Positions 25,584 through 34,117 are shown, counted from the stretch's first letter. The stretch: DNA of 40,000 nt from Desulfosporosinus paludis (GCF_045689965.1 NZ_CP144211.1:613287-653286); one strand, 5' to 3'. Notes: generated from the letters alone by a model not told the origin. Numbers and translations: made by a program.

Positions 25584-25972
25584 TCGTTTTACCAACCTTT
25601 TCCCTGTATTTTCGAACTCGCTCCTTAGTCTTGTTTTTAGTTATTTCTCGCTGAGTAACTATTCTGCCAGCATAGTCGAGCCAATCATGGATGACTAAGC
25701 CATTCTCTGTCTCATCAATAAATCTGGCCTTAACGAGAGCATTAACAAAGAATTTTTCGTCACCCTCCCACATACAAGCTTCCGCTATATCGAATTCATC
25801 GTATTTACTAAGAAGCCCGTCTTGTATATAATCTAGAGCCCACCACCAAAGAAAATGGAGATGGCCAACGGCTGTAACTGCAGAAATTCCTAACAGTCTA
25901 GCAAGCTTTTTAGTTTTTGGGTGCCTACCTAGCTCTTGATTGCTCTCGATCCAAGCCATTTTGCCATCTCCT

Positions 25973-27577
25973 TTAGAACAGTGACATTTGCATTTTCTTT
26001 TCTATTGGCTTCTTCATGCCGCATAACTCAGGCAGGTTAGCCATTGTCATAGCCTTAGGCATTATCGGCGGTACTGCATTTCCGCACCTAGCAACTTGCG
26101 CAGATTTTGGGTAAGATTTCCCATAATAATCCCGGTCGATAATGTAGTTTTCCGGGAAGCTTTGAGCATTGAATAACTCTCTTGGTTCGAGCATTCTCAT
26201 GCCGATATCTGATATGAAATACAATTCTTTATTGATTTCCAATAGCAGGATTTCGTCATCAGAAATGTTATAGCCGCAATATTTATTAAGCATTTCCCTG
26301 ACTTCCGGCCAGTGCCCCAAGTCTTGATTACTAGAAATCTTCGTTAATACTGTTTTGACTTTTGCAAAATGCCCAGGACTTGTTGTTACAGTAGACAAAG
26401 GCTCCTTTAAGTCCTTGCAATCCATGTGGTTGCGCAATATACACAGGTGTGTTTCAATTAATGCATTTCGATCTTTTGTGGTTATTGTGTGCAGTGGATC
26501 TTTCAGCTTACTGCCATCGCCAGTCCCGTAATACTTTGAGATAAAAGTCGCTGTGAGCGCATACCTTGGGTTTGTATCAATTGTTAACAATGGTCGGTCT
26601 ATTATCTGTCCCCTAGCTCCGTCACCATCATAGCTATGGTATTGAGCCAAAAAAGGAGCAACTAGCCAGTTGTGATCAATCGCCGTTACTGTCGGAAGTG
26701 GTTTATCTATATCAGATCCTGATCCTTTATAACCGCCGCCAAAAGCCTGCATAATAAACGGCTTGGCATTTTTAATTACAAAACTATCCGTACCCTTGGC
26801 AACCCTACATAATGTGTTGTCTGCAAGCGGCCTGACCGAATTAATACCGTGTTTAGCTTTGATTTCTTCCTTTGTGTCAAAGATGCTCGGGCAAGGTAAA
26901 GACCAATTGATAATCTCTGCTGCAGTCCTCCAAGGTTTCAATTTCCCGGACTTCACTTCAGAGCTCTTCAAGTCTCCGTGGGTTGGTTCAGGCCAAACTA
27001 TTTCTTGTCCATCACACCTCGCAATAAGGAAAAAACGTTTTCGAATTGTCGGAGCTCCATAATCGCAGGCCCTTAACTCTCGCCATTCAACTTGATAACC
27101 TTGACGTTCTAACGCATGAACAAAGGCTTTAAAGGTCCGCCCTTTTTGTTTGGGATCTGGCTTTCCATTTACGAGTAGTGGGCCCCAAGTTTTGAACTCT
27201 TCGACGTTTTCAAGCATAATCACCCGGGGCTTAACTGTTGCCGCCCATCGAATTGCTACCCACGCCAGACCTCGGATATTTTTATCAACAGGCTTTCCGC
27301 CCTTAGCCTTGCTAAAGTGCTTGCAATCAGGACTAAACCAAACCAAGGCTACAGGGCGACCATTTGTCACCTTTCTCGGATCAACTTCCCAAACGGATTC
27401 ACAGTAATGCAAGGTGTCAGGATGATTAACCTTGTGCATGGCTATAGCAGCAGGATCATGGTTAATTGCAATATCTACCGAACGACCGATAGCCATTTCA
27501 ATTCCTGTGCTCGCTCCACCGCCTCCTGCGAAGGAATCCACTATTAACTCTCTCTTATCTAGGAGCATCTTCTCCAT
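25973..27577 (-). CDS. DNA (cytosine-5)-methyltransferase, orphan, long variable region
   Basis: Motif I DSFAGGGG, motif IV FSPDCKHFS, motif VI MLENVEEF, motif VIII APTIRKRFFLIAR, motif IX RMLEPRELFNAQSFP, motif X GNAVPP. Confidence 0.9.
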   Translation of the reverse strand: MEKMLLDKRELIVDSFAGGGGASTGIEMAIGRSVDIAINHDPAAIAMHKVNHPDTLHYCESVWEVDPRKVTNGRPVALVWFSPDCKHFSKAKGGKPVDKNIRGLAWVAIRWAATVKPRVIMLENVEEFKTWGPLLVNGKPDPKQKGRTFKAFVHALERQGYQVEWRELRACDYGAPTIRKRFFLIARCDGQEIVWPEPTHGDLKSSEVKSGKLKPWRTAAEIINWSLPCPSIFDTKEEIKAKHGINSVRPLADNTLCRVAKGTDSFVIKNAKPFIMQAFGGGYKGSGSDIDKPLPTVTAIDHNWLVAPFLAQYHSYDGDGARGQIIDRPLLTIDTNPRYALTATFISKYYGTGDGSKLKDPLHTITTKDRNALIETHLCILRNHMDCKDLKEPLSTVTTSPGHFAKVKTVLTKISSNQDLGHWPEVREMLNKYCGYNISDDEILLLEINKELYFISDIGMRMLEPRELFNAQSFPENYIIDRDYYGKSYPKSAQVARCGNAVPPIMPKAMTMANLPELCGMKKPIEKKMQMSLF

Positions 27578-27680
27578 GACTTTAGCTCCTCTCTATTAAA
27601 TTTCGATGGTATAAATTAACGTTTTAGAATTCTGCCCTTTGAAGAAACTAAATCTGATCAAACATAAAGGAGATAAACAC

Positions 27681-27848
27681 ATGGAGAAATCAAATAATCA
27701 AAAGGAAAAAGTTGCAAACTCAACACATATTGTCAAATTAGACTTAATAGCCTTAGATCCGCCAATGACAATCCCTGAAAGATTCGGGGATGCCCCAGTT
27801 GAAGAAATAAAACATGTCACAAATAAACTTGAAAATATCAAATATTAG
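27681..27848 (+). CDS. Hypothetical 55-aa protein, counter-oriented
   Basis: AAGGAG 8 nt before ATG 27681. A TGgTATAAA extended -10 candidate lies at 27617-25. Confidence 0.5.
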   Translation: MEKSNNQKEKVANSTHIVKLDLIALDPPMTIPERFGDAPVEEIKHVTNKLENIKY

Positions 27849-27893
27849 CCACCTCTGGTTATCGGGACGGCCTTGGCTGTCCTACTTACTTTT

Positions 27894-28640
27894 TTAAAAG
27901 GGACACATTTCTAAATCAATAACCTTTGCAGGCTCTGCAACCTCGACATCCTTTATGGTCAAGTCTTTAATCTCTCTGACCATTCTGGCGGCATCTGAAT
28001 TGCCTTCACTCAGATGAATTAAAACGATTTTCCTGACTTGCGTTAGATCATTGGCCTCAAGAAAACCCTTCACGTTGTCTAGGCTGAAATGACTCTCAAG
28101 TAGCCGGTTCTTAAGTGACTCGGGGATCAGACCTGCCTCGATGTTTTCCTCAAGGATGTTGCGGCAGTAATTGCATTCAACCATGATGTAATTGAGCCTA
28201 TTAAACCTGTTACGTATGAAATAGGTGTCAGTGGCAAAGAGAAGTTTTTCACCAGTAGGTCGATACTGAATTAGGTACCCGAGGGGTTCGGCTGCGTCAT
28301 GCTCTACACTAAACGGCTTGACTATGAAATCGCCAATATTAAACTGCGGCATAAACGATGGCATACTTAGGCATCGATGGTGTAAAAGAGCCCCTATTTT
28401 TTCTGCCGTACCAATGCTCATATGACAATTTACTCCGGACCTCATAAGGTTATCTACAGCCTTAGAATGGTCCTTGTGTTCGTGGGTTACTAGGCATCCG
28501 ACTACGTTTGAAAGGTTAAAATACAAAGCCTTCTGTATTTCCTTGAAGGGAACCCCTGCATCTAGCAGGAGGCTCCCTGTTTGTGCTTCCAAGATGTAAG
28601 AATTCCCCTTACTCGATGAGCCAATAACTTTTAGTTTCAT
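27894..28640 (-). CDS. MBL-fold metallo-hydrolase (putative recombination nuclease)
   Basis: THEHKDH motif. Position after recT. Confidence 0.85.
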   Translation of the reverse strand: MKLKVIGSSSKGNSYILEAQTGSLLLDAGVPFKEIQKALYFNLSNVVGCLVTHEHKDHSKAVDNLMRSGVNCHMSIGTAEKIGALLHHRCLSMPSFMPQFNIGDFIVKPFSVEHDAAEPLGYLIQYRPTGEKLLFATDTYFIRNRFNRLNYIMVECNYCRNILEENIEAGLIPESLKNRLLESHFSLDNVKGFLEANDLTQVRKIVLIHLSEGNSDAARMVREIKDLTIKDVEVAEPAKVIDLEMCPF

Positions 28641-29514
28641 GGCTTAAAAGTCCGGCTCTGTGACTGGATCTGGATCTTTCTTCTCCGGCCCCTTTTTCCA
28701 TCCACGCCAGGGTCGGTTTTTCTGACTCCCCTACATCTTCAGCTTGAATATCAACCACGTTGCCATTGGCATTAGCCTTAATCTCCTCTGCGGCTTCTTC
28801 CTCTTTGTCAAAATCCTCAGCCATGTTATTAAAGGATCCAACCAGAAGGTCGCTATCATCAGAGGTATTAGCGTACATTTTGCAGGTCTTATTGATAACC
28901 GTCCGTTTGGCCATGTCCTCGGGGAATTCCTTCTGGACGTTATTTACCTTCATTTTCGTTTTCGACCAAGCCATATCAATTTGCTTTTTCGTGATAATTT
29001 CGGTGAATTCTTGCCCTCCGTCGTGGAAAATCGTGCAATATGCAGCGACGATTTTCGAGGAGTCCATACTAGCTAATGTTTGCTTATGCTTGGTAACTCT
29101 CTTGGTCCCGCCATTGATTTCGAATTCGAATTCATCACCCTCATACACAACTTGGGCGAAAATGTCCTCGACGCTTTCTAACCTTTTTGTCACTGCCATA
29201 GTCCCGAAATATGAACGCATTGCAGTAAGTTTTGAGCCGTAAACGATATAGTAAACTTGCTTCTTGGCAGGAGAAAGCCCCTGAATTACGGTGTCTAATA
29301 GGGCGTTTGCAATACTCGACCGGGTACATACTTCAAGGGCTGGTTTATCGTTTCTGTCCTTAGTCTCTTGAAGAATCAGCCATGCGCTTTGTAGGGCATT
29401 TGACGCGCTATAATTTGCAGGGAGGTTGATTCCTCCATTCTCCTGCATTTCTTTGATTTTGGTTTCCACCGTGGTTAAGGTTTCCTCTTTTACCGCCATA
29501 AGATCATTTGCCAT
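28609..29514 (-). CDS. recT: RecT-family single-strand annealing protein
   Basis: LQSAWLILQE...CTRSSIANALLDTVIQGLSPAKKQVYYIVYG...SYFGTMAVTKR pattern. C-terminal frame is uncertain. Confidence 0.7.
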   Translation of the reverse strand: MANDLMAVKEETLTTVETKIKEMQENGGINLPANYSASNALQSAWLILQETKDRNDKPALEVCTRSSIANALLDTVIQGLSPAKKQVYYIVYGSKLTAMRSYFGTMAVTKRLESVEDIFAQVVYEGDEFEFEINGGTKRVTKHKQTLASMDSSKIVAAYCTIFHDGGQEFTEIITKKQIDMAWSKTKMKVNNVQKEFPEDMAKRTVINKTCKMYANTSDDSDLLVGSFNNMAEDFDKEEEAAEEIKANANGNVVDIQAEDVGESEKPTLAWMEKGAGEERSRSSHRAGLLSHETKSYWLIE

Positions 29515-29515
29515 T

Positions 29516-29752
29516 TTAAATACCTCCGAATTCTCTATTCATATTTTTCACTGCCATTGAAGCCTTGCCCTGATGTTCCATGTATGACTTATCTTCATCT
29601 TTGTTGAACACGCTACTCATAAACGCATTCCATATTTGTTCCTTGGTAAAACTAGGGTTGATTTTCGAAGCTCTATCATCGGCGGCATCCATTACCTCCA
29701 AGAGAAAATCCTTAACCTGCCCAGCAGTTGGATTATCCGGTAACTTGCTCAT
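29516..29752 (-). CDS. Hypothetical protein (78 aa)
   Basis: ORF tightly packed between the ATPase gene and recT. Confidence 0.5.
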   Translation of the reverse strand: MSKLPDNPTAGQVKDFLLEVMDAADDRASKINPSFTKEQIWNAFMSSVFNKDEDKSYMEHQGKASMAVKNMNREFGGI

Positions 29753-31714
29753 TTAACCAACCTCCACCCTCAAGGTCTTATCCGGTTCGCTCTTAATCAA
29801 GTTGATAACTTGGCTCTGAGTATCAATAATCCTAGAAACCGACTCTCTGAAGTCAATCCATATCGGAGCTGTGCATCCATAATGACCAGCTAAGACGTTA
29901 ATAATATCGAGTCCGGCATTAACCTTCCCCGCATGGTTCACATTAGGATAAGTCACGCCATCGACCATGGCCTCGCAACACTCCGAAACTCCGCCATTGA
30001 TTTGAACATCAAAGAGCTTCCACTTAACGATTTTGAACCGGCTGTTGATGTTCCCCTCCAGGAGGTTAACCTTAGCAACAATGAATTGCTCGATTAGGTA
30101 ACGTTGCTTTTCAAACTCGCTAAGCTGGCCTGCGAGGGTTTTCTCCTCTTCTTTGAGTTCTTCCATCCTAGCCTTGGTTTTTATCGCCACATCGCGGGTA
30201 TTAAGTAGACGGTTTAGGGTTTCTATTTGCTCCGTCACTTGGGTTTTCTGTTGAATTAATTCCGATGTAGTTTCCTCAATTGGTTTATTGAGTTCTTCCT
30301 GAAGAGACTGCAATTGGGAAAGAAGCTTCATGTATTTTTCGTCAGCCTCGTAATTAGCACCGCAGGAACGCTTTTGCTCGGCATCGATCTCTTTGTTGAG
30401 TTCATTTAAGCGCTCATTAATCAAAGAGGTATTTAAATCATTGTTGATGAGGTCATTCTTTAGGACTTCAAGCTCATCAGCGATTGCCTTTTGCTCAGCT
30501 CCCAATTTATGCCCCCTGGTTCTCGCCTTGTCCATGGCTTGAGTTTTGGCTTGTTCAAAGTTCCTTCTCATTTGATCAATCTGCTCGTCTTTTTTATCCT
30601 GAGGTAAAGACTGTTTACAGGTCGGACAAATAAATAGTTCCTGATCCGGCTCAACGAATTGCTTCTCGTTCTCGCTAATCCATGCTTGACGCAAACTTAC
30701 GAGATTTTTCTCGTTCTCTGAGATCAAGGATTCCTTGTCTTTGATCCTCAAAGGGATTGTTTTAGCATCAATGTCCAAACGATATTTCTCGTTTTCAAGC
30801 TTCGCCTTTTCATCGGTGAGTCGCTTTGATCCTGCCCCAGACTCGGCATCCAGTTCCTTCTTCCGATTATCGATCGCAGAACTCAACTTAAAAACTTCCT
30901 GCTGTTTCTGTCGGTAAACTGAAGTTATTTGACTGGCATTCATCATGCTTTGCTCAATCTTCTTAAGGTTCGCTTTATGTTCTCTAAGTCCAGCTTCGAC
31001 CACGGAATAATTTATTTCCTCACCAAGTACGGTCCTGGAAAGCTCGTTGATTTTGACTGGTATCTCTTCAATTTGGGAATTAAGCATCTTGATCTTTTCA
31101 GTAATGATCTTCCTTTGATCATTGATCGATTTGCCATTTAGGATGTTCGCAAGTTCAGAAAGGCTTTTATCAGAGGCTATTACGTCAGCATCCGAGACAT
31201 CCCCGCAGATCTCCATGAGTGTTTTGCGTCGGTCCTGCCAAGATAACTGAGTGCAGAAATAAAACGGATTGGTCAGGAGCTTGAAGGCCGTCTCGTTGAT
31301 AATTGAGCCAATAACATCCGCATACTCCTTGGCTTTAACCGGCACAGTATCAACCCAATAGCTCGTTTCATGGCCAGTGAATTCTTCCGTTGCGGTACCT
31401 CGCTTTCTAGTCCATTTTTCCTTGAGCATTTTTCTCAGCATCTTTGATTGTCCATTGATTAAAAACTCAAGCGTGACATCTGTTTCTAAATAGTGAATAT
31501 CGTTGCCGGTTGAGTCCTGGGGTTTAACTGAAAAATCAGCTCGATTGGTGCTATCTTTCCCAAACAAAACCCAAAGGAAAGCATCGTATAGAGTTGTTTT
31601 TCCCTTTCCGTTTTCACCGAATATAGATGCGTTAAGGCCGTTAATATTTAGAGTAAATTCCTTGATCCCTTTGAAATTTCTGAGCTCCATCTTGGAGAGT
31701 CTAATTTCATTCAT
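29753..31714 (-). CDS. Rad50/SbcC-like ABC ATPase with coiled coil and CxxC hook
   Basis: N-terminal LRNFKGI...GENGKGKTTLYDAF Walker A, a long coiled coil with a central CPTC, and a C-terminal ABC signature region. Confidence 0.8.
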   Translation of the reverse strand: MNEIRLSKMELRNFKGIKEFTLNINGLNASIFGENGKGKTTLYDAFLWVLFGKDSTNRADFSVKPQDSTGNDIHYLETDVTLEFLINGQSKMLRKMLKEKWTRKRGTATEEFTGHETSYWVDTVPVKAKEYADVIGSIINETAFKLLTNPFYFCTQLSWQDRRKTLMEICGDVSDADVIASDKSLSELANILNGKSINDQRKIITEKIKMLNSQIEEIPVKINELSRTVLGEEINYSVVEAGLREHKANLKKIEQSMMNASQITSVYRQKQQEVFKLSSAIDNRKKELDAESGAGSKRLTDEKAKLENEKYRLDIDAKTIPLRIKDKESLISENEKNLVSLRQAWISENEKQFVEPDQELFICPTCKQSLPQDKKDEQIDQMRRNFEQAKTQAMDKARTRGHKLGAEQKAIADELEVLKNDLINNDLNTSLINERLNELNKEIDAEQKRSCGANYEADEKYMKLLSQLQSLQEELNKPIEETTSELIQQKTQVTEQIETLNRLLNTRDVAIKTKARMEELKEEEKTLAGQLSEFEKQRYLIEQFIVAKVNLLEGNINSRFKIVKWKLFDVQINGGVSECCEAMVDGVTYPNVNHAGKVNAGLDIINVLAGHYGCTAPIWIDFRESVSRIIDTQSQVINLIKSEPDKTLRVEVG

Positions 31715-32169
31715 TGATCATTCTCCTTAGCGTATTCACAATTACTCATAGGAGCCAAATACCCTTTGCATACGCTCCGACAGCTATGCAAATTGGAAGG
31801 TAGTAAAATGTGGCAAGTTCCAAGATAGTTGCATTTAAAGCATTGGCATTTGTTGCACATTGGGCCGAGTTCGATCAATGGGAATTCTACCAGCGGTTCT
31901 ATTTTCGAGAGATCCATGATACAATTTAAGCGAGCATCTTCTCTAACGGTCTCTGTTGGCGCAGAGGCCTTTTTGTTGTCCCAGGGTAAGGAATCATCAT
32001 TCAAAACTTGATTAAGGTAAATGAGAGTTTCTTTGATCTCTTGAATTTTTTGATCGGAATTCCAAGATGAATCCATAACTATGCCTTTGATATTTCCGAC
32101 TACATAAGGATATAGGCTGTTTCTTCCACATTCTTTCGCCAGTTCGATAAATCGCTGCTTAAGGTCCAA
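31711..32169 (-). CDS. Hypothetical protein with Cys-rich C-terminus (152 aa)
   Basis: CNKCQCFKCNYLGTCH...C...C cluster. Confidence 0.5.
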   Translation of the reverse strand: MDLKQRFIELAKECGRNSLYPYVVGNIKGIVMDSSWNSDQKIQEIKETLIYLNQVLNDDSLPWDNKKASAPTETVREDARLNCIMDLSKIEPLVEFPLIELGPMCNKCQCFKCNYLGTCHILLPSNLHSCRSVCKGYLAPMSNCEYAKENDQ

Positions 32170-32175
32170 TGTAGA

Positions 32176-32436
32176 TCACTCCCTCCTCAAGCCGAACGGC
32201 CTAATAATCGTCGGAGTAACTCCACGCTGACACATTCTTCGGGTATCCATGTAATCCACGATTACCTCAGATCGCTTGTCTTCCGTCCGTACCGAATTAC
32301 CACTTTTCATGAACTGCGCCCACTGCTCGCGGCTGCGCTGTTTCTTCTGCTCCCAGCGGTAAGCTTCGACTTCGCGGCGAATCCATGCGACTTTTAGCAG
32401 TTGCTTGTGAATAAACTTTGCGAAACTTTTAATCAT
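32176..32436 (-). CDS. Hypothetical protein (86 aa)
   Basis: ORF in the operon. Confidence 0.5.
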   Translation of the reverse strand: MIKSFAKFIHKQLLKVAWIRREVEAYRWEQKKQRSREQWAQFMKSGNSVRTEDKRSEVIVDYMDTRRMCQRGVTPTIIRPFGLRRE

Positions 32437-32666
32437 CTGTGTCCCACCTTTCCTTTTGATTTGTTCCTCCTGTTCATGTAGCGTTCATAACGACTCGGTT
32501 TGGTCTTCATCGATGTCGAACTAATTACGGGACCTGAAGTGTACCAATAACCTTCTTGCCCTAGTTCCCAAATTGCTCCGCAAAGGCATTTTGCACGTAT
32601 TTCACCTTCAGGAAACTCCATGGGCAAACCGCAGTAACATTGTTTCTCCACTTGTTTTATTACCAT
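32433..32666 (-). CDS. Hypothetical Cys-containing protein (77 aa)
   Basis: CYC....CLC pattern. 4-nt overlap with the downstream gene. Confidence 0.5.
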   Translation of the reverse strand: MVIKQVEKQCYCGLPMEFPEGEIRAKCLCGAIWELGQEGYWYTSGPVISSTSMKTKPSRYERYMNRRNKSKGKVGHR

Positions 32667-32678
32667 AAGGACACCTCC

Positions 32679-32876
32679 TTAAGCTACTTTCCCCCTCTGT
32701 AGTGCGATATGACAGCCGATTGCGATCTCCACCACCTCCTTAAAGCTTGTCCTCTTACCAAAGGCGACGCGGTTTGTTTTTATGTCTGTGGTGGCTAGGT
32801 CGAGGATTTGATGGAATTCCGAGTTTGATATAGGTCCAAGGGTTTGTTCGAGAAGTTTACGGAGCATTTTCCTCAT
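32679..32876 (-). CDS. Hypothetical protein (about 65 aa)
   Basis: Internal ATG at 32876 or 32867 chosen, because the long track ORF overlaps the upstream gene. Confidence 0.45.
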   Translation of the reverse strand: MRKMLRKLLEQTLGPISNSEFHQILDLATTDIKTNRVAFGKRTSFKEVVEIAIGCHIALQRGKVA

Positions 32877-33135
32877 CCCCTTCCTCTTCCTGTTCAACAT
32901 TAGCCTCGTACTCTTCTCCGGAGATACAGACAACCATTTCAATATCTTCTTGAGCCATGTCAGCCACCTGTTGTCGCATTCTTTCATGCATTTCGGAGTA
33001 TTCCTTTTCGTCAATGGGCTTTTTTGCATTCTCCATAGTCAATAGAGTATAGACGGGTAATTGCTTGCCATCATCTTGGATGCCCAGTAGACAACCTTCT
33101 TTGAGCTTGAAAGGGAATTTCAGGTCGTAGTACAT
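32857..33135 (-). CDS. Hypothetical acidic protein (92 aa)
   Basis: ATG 33135 follows a GAGGTGA SD. Confidence 0.5.
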   Translation of the reverse strand: MYYDLKFPFKLKEGCLLGIQDDGKQLPVYTLLTMENAKKPIDEKEYSEMHERMRQQVADMAQEDIEMVVCISGEEYEANVEQEEEGDEENAP

Positions 33136-33238
33136 TTTAGGTTTCACCTCACTTTCGCGATTAATTTACAGGGTTTTCCTCCTTTGTGTCGAAAAGGTAG
33201 TTGTCCAGACTATTTTCGTAGAGGGAGGAGGCGATGAA

Positions 33239-33466
33239 GTGTTTAAGTTTCAGTTTGTTTATGGCGACAAAAGTTACTTGGAGTTTGAGAATATTACGAA
33301 AGTAAAATATGCTGACATAATTGGTGAGGAAATTATTGTGTTGGAAAATGAAATTTTAGAGCATAAATTTCCATTAAATGCAGATCTATATTTGTTTTCC
33401 AAGAACTCAAACAATACAGCTTCTTGTAACAACCTAAAAACAATTTCAGTTATTAAAGAAGAATAG
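33239..33466 (+). CDS. Hypothetical 75-aa protein, counter-oriented and AT-rich
   Basis: GGGAGGAGG lies 7 nt before the GTG. The frame stays open through a visibly AT-rich stretch. It has its own terminator. Confidence 0.55.
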   Translation: MFKFQFVYGDKSYLEFENITKVKYADIIGEEIIVLENEILEHKFPLNADLYLFSKNSNNTASCNNLKTISVIKEE

Positions 33467-33468
33467 AA

Positions 33469-33606
33469 TTATCCAACCACTACCTCGACATTCATCACAA
33501 TGTCGGGGTGTTTTTTTGACAATTCCAGCTTCATATTGGATATTTCCTCAAGGGCATTAGCGGCTTCTTTAAGTGTGCGGACATTAATTTTGATTACGAT
33601 CGACAT
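33469..33606 (-). CDS. Hypothetical 45-aa protein
   Basis: Below the track cutoff. GGGGGTGAG SD. MSIVIKINVRTLKEAANALEEISNMKLELSKKHPDIVMNVEVVVG. Confidence 0.45.
   Translation of the reverse strand: MSIVIKINVRTLKEAANALEEISNMKLELSKKHPDIVMNVEVVVG
33483..33517 (+). terminator. Intrinsic terminator of the counter-oriented gene
   Basis: CCTCGACATT-CATCAC-AATGTCGGGG, then TG and T7. Confidence 0.75.
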
Positions 33607-33640
33607 CTTCTCTCACCCCCTTAACCAACGTTTTCACAGA

Positions 33641-33913
33641 CTAGGCTAACTGCTTGAATACCTTTTCTAGCTCTGCCGCGAAACCTTCACCCATTTTTAA
33701 TGACATTTTTTCAAGTTCGCCATCTGTATTGAAAACGTTTACCCGGACCTCTTCCTCAAGGACATCGCATATGTCAACTGATGCACTTATGTGATAAAGA
33801 GCGTCTTTCGGCTGCTTTCCAACTGCCCAGGCAACTATCGTACTAACCCCGTTCTTGGCGTTGTCCAATTCCTGCTTGGTGGTATAAAGATGTAAACTTA
33901 ATCCGGTTGCCAT
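33641..33913 (-). CDS. Hypothetical protein (90 aa)
   Basis: ORF in the early operon. Confidence 0.5.
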   Translation of the reverse strand: MATGLSLHLYTTKQELDNAKNGVSTIVAWAVGKQPKDALYHISASVDICDVLEEEVRVNVFNTDGELEKMSLKMGEGFAAELEKVFKQLA

Positions 33914-34117
33914 TGTTCTATCCCCTCTCTTAACGTTTTAAAATGCATCTCCAGCTCTGACCTGGGCCGTTTATATTTGCAATGAAGAGTTATCGCATCA
34001 AGAGTTTGATGAATTTTTTCATGAGTTCAGATCATTCTCAGATGAAGTGATGGATAATATCAGAACTGACCATAGCCATCAGTGGTCTGATATTCATTTC
34101 CAGAGATTGAAAGAGGC

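Larger units (their letters stand above)
24977..25959 (-). pseudogene. Replisome organiser (N-domain plus DnaD C-domain), split by a frameshift in an A6 run
   Basis: The N-part is 25204-25959. The DnaD-domain part is 24977-25312. Reading ...AIKWTEK|NWGIPIPEG... is continuous only with 7 A at 25299-25304. Confidence 0.75.

Noticed and set aside
25266-25698. Alternative-frame ORFs 25266-25553 (-), 25321-25698 (+) and 25358-25564 (+)
   Set aside because: They lie inside the low-complexity, repeat-rich linker of the organiser gene, and their translations are repeat artefacts.
33233-33304. Alternative 23-codon ORF (MKCLSFSLFMATKVTWSLRILRK) starting at ATG 33233
   Set aside because: The ATG is too close to the SD. 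The overlapping 75-codon GTG frame has better spacing and is much longer for such AT-rich DNA.
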